From a virus (taxonomy: Duplodnaviria > Caudoviricetes): a stretch of 54,188 nucleotides of DNA. Shown one piece after another: positions 26,700 to 36,100 of the stretch. Within the stretch, counting starts at the first letter, position 1. Every line of letters starts with the position of its first letter. The stretch spans positions 1-54,188 of IMG/VR virus record IMGVR_UViG_3300034220_000043; one strand, given 5' to 3'. A program made the translations under genes and the position numbers. The notes beneath the pieces are model-generated. The model was given only the letters and a program-made list of their open reading frames with translations, did no database searches and was not told the DNA's origin.

Positions 26700-29578
26700 G
26701 GCGCCTCCACCACGAGCGCGCCGCGGTTGAGCACCACGTAGTAGCGCTCGCTCTCACCGGGGTCAGGGGTCATGACCAGAGCGTCGTAGCCCAGCGCGGC
26801 GGCGAGCCGGCCCGGGTCGCCGAACGCCTTGCCGAAGTCGCCGCTCTGTAGCCGCTCGTCGGCCGCGGCGATCTCGCGCAGGTCGGACAGGCTGATGACC
26901 CGGGCGTCGGGGCGCAGCGCCATCCGCATGACGACCCCGTCCTCGTCCGCGCCGCGCCAGCCCCGGCCGGCGGCGTAGCCCTCGGCGGCGCTCTCGTCGG
27001 TCGTCGTGTAGGTGCCGTTGCCGTAGGTGCCGAGCCCGGTGAACAGGCGGCCGGTGCGGAACTCCCGCGCCCACTGCTCGGCCTGGCTGCCCGCGATGCC
27101 GCGGTAGACCTCGACGTGGTCGTCGCTCAACGCGGCGAACGCGGCGGCGCTGAGCACCGTGGGCAGCGCGTCGAAGTCCTGGCTGCTCAGGATGCGGGCG
27201 AGGATGGCGTCGTGGTCGTCGGGCTGGTCGATGTCGGCGAGAGCGGCGACCTCGTCGGCCCAGTCATCGAGGGTGGTGCGCGGGCCGGGCGGCGAGGCGG
27301 GCCGGGCGGGCGCCGGCGGGGTGGTGGTCTCCGGGCGCCACACCCCGGTCACAGTCCCGCGGCAGCGCTCGCGGCCGTCGCAGTCCACGTAGCCGCCGAT
27401 CGCGGTGTAGAGCTTGTCGTAGGGGCCCAGGTCGTCGGTGGTGCACACGAACCGGCCGTCGATGGCGCGGCACCGCGGGCAGGTGTTGCCGTCGAGGGTC
27501 TCGTCGGCGTAGATGGACCCGCTCGGGCCGCTGGCCATCGTGTCGATGCGCGCCCGGTTCTGGGCGCCGGTGAGCACCCCGCCGAGCTTGGTGTCCTCGC
27601 GTGCGGTGCTCGCCTCGGTCAGCGTGGCCTCGACCTGGCCGGCCACCTCGGCCCCGCCGCCGCCGTTGTAGTTCACCCGCATCGCCTCGGTGCCGGCGGT
27701 GAGCGCCTGCGCGGCGGCCATCAGCGCGGCGAGGGTGGCGGCCACGTCGTCGTCCGGCACGGGCGCGGTGGTGGCGCTGACGCGGCCGGGCAGGGCCAGG
27801 CTGACGCCCTGGGCGGCGGCCTCGCGCTTCACCTGGGCGGCGGCGTCCCCGGCGATGGCGCGCATGGCCTCGACAATGCGGGCCTGCGCGGGCGCGGGAT
27901 CGACGGCCAGGGCGGCGAGGGCGGGCAGGTCGTTGTCGTCGATCGCGGCGGCGATCTGGCGGCGCAGGTCGGCGCGCCAGTCGGCGCGGACGTCGGCCAT
28001 GCGGTCGAGCAGCTGCGCGAGGCGGCGCTCGTAGGCGGCCTGCACGGGCGCCAGGTCGACGTCGGGCGCGCCTTCGGCGCGCAGCGGGGCGCGCGGCACG
28101 TCGTGGTGGACGCAGGCGACGCCGTGCCCGCCCGTGCAGTCCCAGCCCTCGGCGTCGGGGTGCCGGTTGGTGGTGCCCGTGCCCGGCTCTCGCCCGCCCG
28201 TCGAGGGGTCGGAGGCAGGTGGCGTGCCGGGCACGGGCGGCTCGGGGGCTGCCGCGGAGGCGGCCGGGGCCGGCAGCGAGACAGCGGCCCAGTCGATGTT
28301 CGGGTAGAGCACCGGCAGGAGCCGGTCACCGAGGGCGGCCGGCGCCGACTGCAGCAGCTGCAGCAGCTCGGTGCGCTGGGGGTCGCTGGCCTCACCGGAT
28401 CCGAAGCGCATCTCGGGCAGGCCGTAGGCGGCGCGCACGTCGTCGGCGTTGAACCCGGCGCGGATCAGCTCGGCGGCCGCCCGGACGACGGAGTCCCGCT
28501 CGGCGTTGGCGGCCTCCTCGTCGCTCGCCACGGGGCTCTCGTAGTCGAACTCGACGCCCTTGCCAGTGGCCCCGAACATGGGCAGGAGGCGCGTGTTGAG
28601 GGCCTGGCGCCAGCGCTCGAGCCGGGGCACCGTCAGCAGCTTGGCGAACTGGGCGTCGGCGGCCTTGGCGGCGGCGAAGTTGACGCCGTCGGTGACGCCG
28701 AGGGTGGCCCGGCTCATGCCGTAGGCCTCCATCAGCACGTCGCGGGAGACGTTGCGGAGCTCGGCGAACTGCATGTCACGCTGCGTGTACTTGCGGTCGA
28801 CCCACTTCGCGCCGTGCTCGATGACCGCGACCCGGTGGGCGTTGGACACGCCGCGATGCTGCTCGGCCCAGCGCCGTGTGAACTGCTCCCACTCGTCGTC
28901 GTCGAGGTTGTTCTCCAGCTCGATGACGCCGCCCGGCTCGGCGCTGTTGCGGAAGAACGCCGCGTTCCACGCCGCCGCCGCGGTGCTGGCCTCCAGCTCG
29001 ACGAGGATGGCCTGCACCGGCCCCATGCCCCGGTACGGGTCCTCCGGGTTGGGCATCTTGATCTGGATGACCTCGTCGGCGGCGAGGGGGATCTTGTCGC
29101 CGTCGGGGGTCTTGTAGGTCCAGCCCAGCAGGAACTCGGTGGGGTGCTTGACCGGCTCCATGCGGTCGGGCCGGACGGGCCAGAGCTCGACGGGGATGTT
29201 GCCCTTGCGCACGACCACCAGCAGCGTCTCGCCGGCGAGGTCGACGTGCTGCTGCCCGATCTCGATGAGGTCGGCCTGGGTCATGAACGGGTTCGGGTTC
29301 TCCCACAGCGTCAGCGCGGCGTGCACGGTGACGCGCTCACGCTCCGTGTCGGAGGTGGCCTTGCCCGGCTTCGCCTTGCGGTAGAGGCCCCAGTCGGGGG
29401 CGGCCGTCGCCGTCGAGGTGCGGTTGACGATGGCGAACAGGGTGCCGACGCGGCCCATCTGCGCGAGCGGCCCGGACCCGCCGCCCGCGCTGCCGCCGAA
29501 CCCGGTGCCGGAGCGGCGCGGGCTGTACGGGACGGGCGCCTCGGCGCGGGGGCGCAGCACGGGGGACAGGAGGCTCAC
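26696..29578 (-). CDS. Portal protein fused to a MuF-like domain and a C-terminal ART-like domain (960 aa)
   Basis: HK97 portal motifs (PNPFMT, LWPVRPDRM, FFRNSAEPGG); D.NTCPRC..CDGRERCRG; C-terminal YRG..YGNGTYTT..YA..GYD..YVVLNR. Confidence 0.85.
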   Translation of the reverse strand: MSLLSPVLRPRAEAPVPYSPRRSGTGFGGSAGGGSGPLAQMGRVGTLFAIVNRTSTATAAPDWGLYRKAKPGKATSDTERERVTVHAALTLWENPNPFMTQADLIEIGQQHVDLAGETLLVVVRKGNIPVELWPVRPDRMEPVKHPTEFLLGWTYKTPDGDKIPLAADEVIQIKMPNPEDPYRGMGPVQAILVELEASTAAAAWNAAFFRNSAEPGGVIELENNLDDDEWEQFTRRWAEQHRGVSNAHRVAVIEHGAKWVDRKYTQRDMQFAELRNVSRDVLMEAYGMSRATLGVTDGVNFAAAKAADAQFAKLLTVPRLERWRQALNTRLLPMFGATGKGVEFDYESPVASDEEAANAERDSVVRAAAELIRAGFNADDVRAAYGLPEMRFGSGEASDPQRTELLQLLQSAPAALGDRLLPVLYPNIDWAAVSLPAPAASAAAPEPPVPGTPPASDPSTGGREPGTGTTNRHPDAEGWDCTGGHGVACVHHDVPRAPLRAEGAPDVDLAPVQAAYERRLAQLLDRMADVRADWRADLRRQIAAAIDDNDLPALAALAVDPAPAQARIVEAMRAIAGDAAAQVKREAAAQGVSLALPGRVSATTAPVPDDDVAATLAALMAAAQALTAGTEAMRVNYNGGGGAEVAGQVEATLTEASTAREDTKLGGVLTGAQNRARIDTMASGPSGSIYADETLDGNTCPRCRAIDGRFVCTTDDLGPYDKLYTAIGGYVDCDGRERCRGTVTGVWRPETTTPPAPARPASPPGPRTTLDDWADEVAALADIDQPDDHDAILARILSSQDFDALPTVLSAAAFAALSDDHVEVYRGIAGSQAEQWAREFRTGRLFTGLGTYGNGTYTTTDESAAEGYAAGRGWRGADEDGVVMRMALRPDARVISLSDLREIAAADERLQSGDFGKAFGDPGRLAAALGYDALVMTPDPGESERYYVVLNRGALVVEAP

Positions 29579-29769
29579 CCTCGGTCACCGGCCCTGGCGG
29601 CCAGCACCAGCAGCGCCACCCCGAGGGCAGCCAGGCCGGCGTGCCACAGCCAGGCGGCGGCCACGAGAGCGGCCAGCCCGGCGACGTCGGCCGCGGCGCG
29701 CAGGCCCGGCTCGGTGACGCGGGCGAGCAGCGCGGTGAGGACGGCGCGGTTGGTGCTGCGGTCGCTCAT
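29575..29769 (-). CDS. Small membrane protein upstream of the portal
   Basis: Two TM helices; coupled. Confidence 0.65.
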   Translation of the reverse strand: MSDRSTNRAVLTALLARVTEPGLRAAADVAGLAALVAAAWLWHAGLAALGVALLVLAARAGDRG

Positions 29770-29990
29770 CGCTTCCACCGCTCGTCGGACCACATGCCGT
29801 CGGCGAGGTCGGCCTGATCGATCCGATGCAGGACCGGCGGGGTCGCGCCGTCACGCACCAGCCACAGCGGCACGGGCCGGGCGGGCGTGAGGTGCCGGGC
29901 GGCACGGACGAGGGCAGACGCGGCGTCGAGCGCGGCCGTGGCGGCGATCGTGCGCAGGGCCTGGCCGGCGTCGTGCAGCAGCTCGTTCAC
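29766..29990 (-). CDS. Hypothetical protein
   Basis: GTGA/ATGA coupling. Confidence 0.55.
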   Translation of the reverse strand: MNELLHDAGQALRTIAATAALDAASALVRAARHLTPARPVPLWLVRDGATPPVLHRIDQADLADGMWSDERWKR

Positions 29991-30319
29991 GAGGTCACCC
30001 CCCGCGGCGAGGTGGGGTGCGTCAGCTCGGCGGGCGCGGTCTGGTGGGCGACGAACGCCACGCCGTCGACGTCGGGCTCGCACCACCCGTCACGCAGCGT
30101 CGTGCTGGGGATCCAGCGGGCGGGGAGGAGGCCGCAGCTGGCGGTGATCGGGTGCCGGTCCTGGTGCGGCTGTGTGTCCCACCAGGCCGCGTGCTCGGTG
30201 CAGCTCATGGTCACGCTGTCCACCGCCCACACGTGCACGGTGGCGGGCGCGCCGCAGTAGCGGACGGCGGTGCCAAAGAGGCAGCGCTGCACCACGGCCA
30301 GCTCGTTCGCGACGCTCAT
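29987..30319 (-). CDS. Hypothetical Cys-rich protein
   Basis: ATGA coupling to terL. Confidence 0.55.
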   Translation of the reverse strand: MSVANELAVVQRCLFGTAVRYCGAPATVHVWAVDSVTMSCTEHAAWWDTQPHQDRHPITASCGLLPARWIPSTTLRDGWCEPDVDGVAFVAHQTAPAELTHPTSPRGVTS

Positions 30320-31917
30320 CCGAGCCACCGCATCCGCGGCCGGGCGTCCCGGTCCAGCCCGCAGGCGTGCACCATCGCGTCGACCCGGTCGGGGCTGTCC
30401 TGGCCGGGCTGCCAAGTGGAGGCCTGGTGCTCGAGCTGGGGGTGCCGGCCGACCATGACGGCGCGGCCGGTCTCGAACAGGGGCGCGGCCCACTGCATCC
30501 GCGTCTCCTTCGACCCCTTCGCCGTGATGGTCCGCAGCCGGGGGCCGCTGGTGCCGATGCCGACGATGGCCTGGGCGTCGGCGGGGGTGAGCTCGGCGAG
30601 CTGGGCGGTGATGAGGGCCCGGCGCTCGGCGGGGTCGTCCGGGCGGCTGAGCCGGTCCAGGGCGCCCGCCGGGCCGCGGCCGTGCACCAGGGCGAGGGCC
30701 TGCTGGTGCAGCTCGGCCCAGGCCTCCCGGATGCGGGCCGGCAGCTGCGACAGCGACTGCTCGTAGGCCAGCGTGGGGGCGTCGCGGCGCACGCAGACGA
30801 GCAGCGCGGTGCGCGCCCAGCGAGCCACGGTCATCGGGGCGGACAGGTCGTCGAGGATGAACACCCGGCCGTCGGGGTGCTGGGCGGCGACGATGATGCC
30901 CGCCTCGTCCCCGGAGCCCTCGTTGTCGGCGGGGTCGACGACCACGACGGGGGGCAGGCAGCCGGCCGGGGCGGCGTCGAGGCGCCAGGTGTCGAACCAG
31001 GCGCCTCGGAACACGCCGCCCTCGACGGGGGCGGGCTGGCCCTGGTACAGCGCGGCGAAGGTGCGCTCGCCGACGGCGGCCCGCTTGCCTTCCCAGTCGG
31101 CGACGGTGCGACCTCGGGCGGAGACCAGCCACTCGCCGGGCCGGCGGCCGAGCGCGTCGGGCTCGATGCCCTTCTCGGCGTTCGGGGCCATGGCCAGGGC
31201 GGGGATATTGAGCACCGGCCAGCCCTCGGCGATGCGGCGGCCGGCGAGGTCGTCCTCGTGCCAGCGGGTCTGGACGACGATGACGGGTGCGCCGGGGGCG
31301 AGGCGGGTCAGCGCGACCGAGCTCCACCAGTCGTGCAGGTTCTCCCGCACGGTGGTCGAGTCGGCGTCCTGCTGGTTGCGGATCGGGTCGTCGATGATCA
31401 GCAGGTCAGCGGGCCGGCCGGTCAGCGCGCCGCCGACGCCGGTGGTGACCATGCCGCCGCTGTGCTCGGCGAGCTCCCAGTCCGACGCGTCGGCGTGGCC
31501 GCGGTCGAGCGCCAGGCCGTACGGGGCGCCGTGGGTGAGCACGAGGGACCGCACGACCCGGCCGGAGGTGCGGGCCAGGGAGGCGGCGTAGGACGCGTAC
31601 ACGACCCGGCGGTCGGGGTCCTCGGCGAGCAGCCACAGCCCGAGCCAGCGCAGCAGGGTGGTCTTCATCTCCTGCGGCGGGACCGAGACGACAAGGCGCC
31701 CGTCACGCTGCGCGACCGTCTCGCGGAGGCGGGCGGCGACGAGGTCGACGGCCTGCGTGCGGACGAACGTCGGGTCGAACCGGGCGGCCAGGTGGGCCGG
31801 GGTCGGGCACTGCTCGATCAGCCGGCTGCGCGCCTGGGCCAGCTCGTCACGCTGGCGGGCGCCGGCGTCGTGGCCGTCGAGGAGGTCGGCGGCACGCTCG
31901 AGGAAGGCGATGCTCAC
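30316..31917 (-). CDS. terL: Terminase large subunit
   Basis: PPQEMKT Walker A, GGALTGRPADLLIIDDP, QTRWHEDDL, LYQGQP, VDPA, SPDRVDA. Confidence 0.93.
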   Translation of the reverse strand: MSIAFLERAADLLDGHDAGARQRDELAQARSRLIEQCPTPAHLAARFDPTFVRTQAVDLVAARLRETVAQRDGRLVVSVPPQEMKTTLLRWLGLWLLAEDPDRRVVYASYAASLARTSGRVVRSLVLTHGAPYGLALDRGHADASDWELAEHSGGMVTTGVGGALTGRPADLLIIDDPIRNQQDADSTTVRENLHDWWSSVALTRLAPGAPVIVVQTRWHEDDLAGRRIAEGWPVLNIPALAMAPNAEKGIEPDALGRRPGEWLVSARGRTVADWEGKRAAVGERTFAALYQGQPAPVEGGVFRGAWFDTWRLDAAPAGCLPPVVVVDPADNEGSGDEAGIIVAAQHPDGRVFILDDLSAPMTVARWARTALLVCVRRDAPTLAYEQSLSQLPARIREAWAELHQQALALVHGRGPAGALDRLSRPDDPAERRALITAQLAELTPADAQAIVGIGTSGPRLRTITAKGSKETRMQWAAPLFETGRAVMVGRHPQLEHQASTWQPGQDSPDRVDAMVHACGLDRDARPRMRWLG

Positions 31918-32564
31918 GACGCCACCACCCGTAGGTGCCGGGCCACGACGCCGCGCGTCTCGGCGGCGACCTCGGCCGGGATCGGCACCTGGGAGGCGAG
32001 GTGCGCGAGGCCGGCGTCGACGGCCTTGACGACCGCGGCGGCCTGCAGCTCGCTGATGCGGGCCATGCGCTCGTCGATGCCGAGCTTGGCGATCAGGCCC
32101 AGCACCGACGCGCAGCGGTCGAGCGCCCGCTCGAACAGCGCCACCTCGGCGCGCAGCTGCTCGGTGCCGGCGCCGTGGGCCTCGTAGCGCAGCGGCGCGT
32201 CGGCCTCGGCGGGCCCGCACTCGGGGCAGGTGCCGGTGGTCAGCTCGTTGACCTTGACCGCGAGGGCGTCCTTCCACGCGACGACCTGGCCGGCCAGCTT
32301 GGCCAGCTCGCCGAGGGGGTCGTCGATGGGCGCGACGTCGAGGCGGGCGAGGCCGCGGCGCACCTGGGCCTCGGCCTCGCGGCGGGCGGCAGCAGCGCGC
32401 ACCTGGGGGGCGGCGCCGCCGTGGCTGCGGCAGACGGTCGCCCCGCGCACCGGCCACTGCTTGCACGGGCCGCGGGGGGTCGTGCCGGTGCAGCGGCTCC
32501 GGGTCGGGGCCGATGGGTCCGCGGCCGGGGCGAGGGCCGATGGGTCGAGGCGGAGGCCGGTCAC
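31914..32564 (-). CDS. Terminase small subunit-like protein (HGG zinc-binding domain)
   Basis: RC..C..GATVCRSHGG; directly upstream of terL. Confidence 0.7.
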   Translation of the reverse strand: MTGLRLDPSALAPAADPSAPTRSRCTGTTPRGPCKQWPVRGATVCRSHGGAAPQVRAAAARREAEAQVRRGLARLDVAPIDDPLGELAKLAGQVVAWKDALAVKVNELTTGTCPECGPAEADAPLRYEAHGAGTEQLRAEVALFERALDRCASVLGLIAKLGIDERMARISELQAAAVVKAVDAGLAHLASQVPIPAEVAAETRGVVARHLRVVAS

Positions 32565-32752
32565 CGGGACCGCCGCCGGGTCGCGCGGTTCGGCGCGGTG
32601 AGCGCGAGCGGCGGGTGCAGCTCGGGGACCAGCAGGCGGCCGAGCGCCTCGCGGTCGCGGCGTCGGGCGGTGCCGGCGTCGTTCATGGCGTGGAACAGGC
32701 GATCCCACTTGCGCGTGCCCCACTGCACCTCGAGGTCGGCCAGCTCGCTCAC
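32561..32752 (-). CDS. Hypothetical protein (63 aa)
   Basis: GTGA coupling. Confidence 0.55.
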   Translation of the reverse strand: MSELADLEVQWGTRKWDRLFHAMNDAGTARRRDREALGRLLVPELHPPLALTAPNRATRRRSR

Positions 32753-33024
32753 AGGCGGGCCTCGGGCACCGGCGGCAACGCGCCGGCCGGAGCGGCGGGC
32801 GGGACGAGGGAGGGCGGCGTGACGGCCGCAGGCGCCGGAGCGAGCAGCAGGGCGGCGGTGACCCCCGCGGCGGCGAGCAGGCCGCCCAACGCGATCAGGG
32901 CCGCGGAACGCCGAACGCCAGCCGGGCCGCTGCCGTGACCAGACAGCGACCCGCCGGCGTTCGCCTTGCCCGCGGTCCCGCGCGGTGAGGCAGTGGTGAT
33001 CCTATCCGCCACCGCACCCACCAC
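32749..33024 (-). CDS. Possible small membrane protein
   Basis: Hydrophobic segment; start uncertain. Confidence 0.35.
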   Translation of the reverse strand: MVGAVADRITTASPRGTAGKANAGGSLSGHGSGPAGVRRSAALIALGGLLAAAGVTAALLLAPAPAAVTPPSLVPPAAPAGALPPVPEARL

Positions 33025-33116
33025 CTCTCATCGTACTGCGTGTACGCAGGTGTTGCTTGCGCGCAGTGATCGGGCGCAGGGTAGCGGATCGATCACCGCA
33101 CGGGAAGCCGACGGGG

Positions 33117-36100
33117 TCACACCGAGTCCTGCCACGCGTACGAGGGCTCGCTCGGGTCGGCCACGATCGACACCCCGAGCAGCTCGGTCTCCATGCACCG
33201 CACCAGCTCGGCGGTCGCCTCAGCGGCGTCCTCGGCGGGCACGAACACGTCGAGCTCGTCGTGCACGGGCAGCAGCGTGCAGGTTCCCCAGCGGGTGTCG
33301 CGCCAGCGCACGAGGGTGTCGACGAGCAGCTCGCGGGCGGTGCCCTGGATGCAGTAGTTGGGCCCCTTGTGCGGGTACTCGCGCGGCAGGTGGATCACCC
33401 GGCCCGAGTAGCTCGGGTACTGGGTGGCGCCGCGCTTCACGGCCTCGCGGATGGACGCCGACCACGCGGCCAGGCCGGGGGTCAGCCCGTCGAGGGTGTC
33501 GATGACGGCCTGCATGACGTCGTGGCCGACGCCGACCTGGGTGGCGAGGGTGGAGATCCCGCCGCCGTAGATCCGGCCGAACACGCCCCGCTTGGCGATG
33601 TACCGGTTGGCCTTGGTCGCGCCCTCGCCCCAGACCTGGCGGGCGATCTCGCCGTGCAGGTCGCGGCCCTCGGCGAGGAACGCCAGGAGCGTCGGGTCCT
33701 GGCTCAGCGCGGCGGCCACGCGCAACTCGACCCCGGAGAAGTCGGCGCCGATCATGAGCTGGCCGGGGTCGGCGGTGATGCAGGCCCGGACCCCGCCCTC
33801 GCGGGAGAGCTGCTGCAGGTTGGGTCGCACGCAGCTCATGCGGCCGGTGTCGGTGCCGAGGGTGTAGACCGTCGGGCGGGCGCGGCCGTCGCCCCGCTCG
33901 CACAGCAGCCGGTAGGGCTCGAGGAACAGCCCGAGGGCGGTGTCGTGGTGGCGGTGGTCGAGCACGGCGCCGACCAGCTCCCCGAGCGGGCCCTCAGCGC
34001 CCCGCAGCGGCTCGAGGACGCCGGCGGCGACACTCGGGCGCCCGGTGGCCGTGCGCGGCAGCGGCGCGCCGAGCTGGAGGGCGACCTCGGCCACCTGCTG
34101 GTCCGAGCCGGGGTTCTCCACGCCCAGCGCGCGGACCCGCGCGGCGGCGGCGTCGCGGCCGGCGGTGTGGCGCTCGGTCATCTCGCGGACGTGCTCGGCG
34201 TCGATCCGCACGCCGCGGTGCGCGACCCGCGCGGTCATGCGCTGGGCGAGGCGCTCGCGCTCGTAGACCGCGGCGTCGGGCCGGGGCAGCGCGCGGGCGA
34301 GCGCGGCGGTGTCGAGCACGTCGGAGGCGGCGTAGCGCAGCATCGTGGTCGAGCCGGTCGCCACCTGCGCCCAGCCGGAGCGCTCGGGCGGGGTGTCGAC
34401 CTTCGTCGAGGTGAGCCAGCGCCCGGCCTTCCACAGCGCGGCCCGAGCGGCGTCGGCGGCCGGCGCCGTGGAGGCCGCCCCGAGCACCGCCCCGGCGAGC
34501 GCCTTGAGCCCGGGATCCGAGCCGGTGGACTGCGGGTCGGCGAGCTTGGCCGGGATCACGGTGTCGTGCATCCGGTCCCAGCCGCTCTCGGCGTCGATGA
34601 GCCCGGCGTGGGCCAGCGGCACCAGGTCGGCGGTCGCGGAGTGGGCGTGCAGCACCGGCGCGGCGGCGAGCAGCTCGCGCACCAGGCTGGCGTGGTCGAC
34701 CGGGTGCAGCACCGCGGCGGCGATCTCGTCGCCGAGCTGCACCGAGCGCAGCTCGTAGTCGGCGTGGCCGACCGGGTAGCCGGAGGTCTCCACGTCGACG
34801 GTCAGCGCGCCGGAGCGGGCGAGCGCGGCGCGCACCACCTCGCCGGCCTGGGCCGGGGTGACGGGCAGCGTGTTGCCGGCGCGGTCGACCACGGCGGGCA
34901 GGCCGAGCACCTCGCCCTGCGCGGTGGCGATGGCGTCGAGCCGCTTCTCCTCGGCCAGCTGGCGCCGGGCCTCGGCCTTGCTGATCTTCGCCTCGGTGGC
35001 CCGGGCGGCGGCCTCGGTCCTGCTCACGGAGCGTGGCGTAATCGCCTTCTCCGGCGCCGGGGTCGGCGGTGTGGACGGTCGCGGAGGCGGATTCGTACCC
35101 CCCACACCGTCCACCGCGCCCGCTACCTGGGGGTTCTCGCCTTCTTCGCCTCGGGTGTGGAGGGTCGGAGGGTTGGCCCCTACCGCCCTTCTATGAGTGG
35201 TGTTTTTCCACTGTTCTTCTTCTCCATCTACTGTATGACGAGACCTACCCTCCACACCCTCCACAGGAGATACAAAAACAGGGGGTGACATGGTGTTATC
35301 GGTTGTGGAGGGTACTGCGATAGACCCCCCACCAACCCCCCACAGACCCTCCACACGAGGCGCGAACGGCGAGGCCGAGCCGCCGGGAACGGCCGAGGGC
35401 GCGCCGGGGGCGGGCGCCGAGGCGGCGGGCGGCGGGGTCGGTGTGGAGGGTTGCGGGAAGCCCGGGTCGGCCCGCACCACTAACGGTCTGTAGTTGGCGT
35501 CGCGGCGCCTGAGCACGCCGAAGCCGAGCTCGTTGAGCGCCCGGCCCCAGGCCGTCTCGGTGAGGATCGAGGAGTCCCGGATGCCGGCGTCGCGGCACCA
35601 GCCCCGGAACCCGACGTAGAGCTGGTGCGACCTGGTGCCGTGCTCGTCGGGCTGGACCGACTCGGTGAGCCACTGCCCGAGCACGTCCTGGGAGCCGACG
35701 AGCTCGTCCATGACGAACTGGACGGCGAGCGGCGCGGCCGAGGTGAGGGCGCTGTCGGGGTTGGCCAGCCAGCCGGCGGCCTCGCGCATCAGCAGGGCGA
35801 GCACCCCGGGCGCCTCGGCGGCCCAGCGCGCGCCGCTGAGCGCCTGCCTGCGGGCCCGGACCTCGGCCGGGTCGCCGTTGCACGGCAGCAGCCGGATCCG
35901 GCGGCGCACGGCCGCGTCGGACACCGAGGGCGGGGTGTTGGAGGTGAGCACCAGGGTGTGGGTGGGCCGGAAGGTGATGGGGTTCTGGTTCATGGCGTTG
36001 CCGGTGAGCTCGCCGCCGCCGGTGAGCTGCTTGAGCCGCTCGGTGTTGCGGGTGCCCTCGCGCATGGCCTCGTCGATGAACGACAGCCGCCGGCCCTTGA

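Noticed and set aside
31655-31685. Terminase Walker A lacking Gly (PPQEMKT) as an inactivating mutation
   Set aside because: Met at this position occurs in this terminase family and all other motifs are intact
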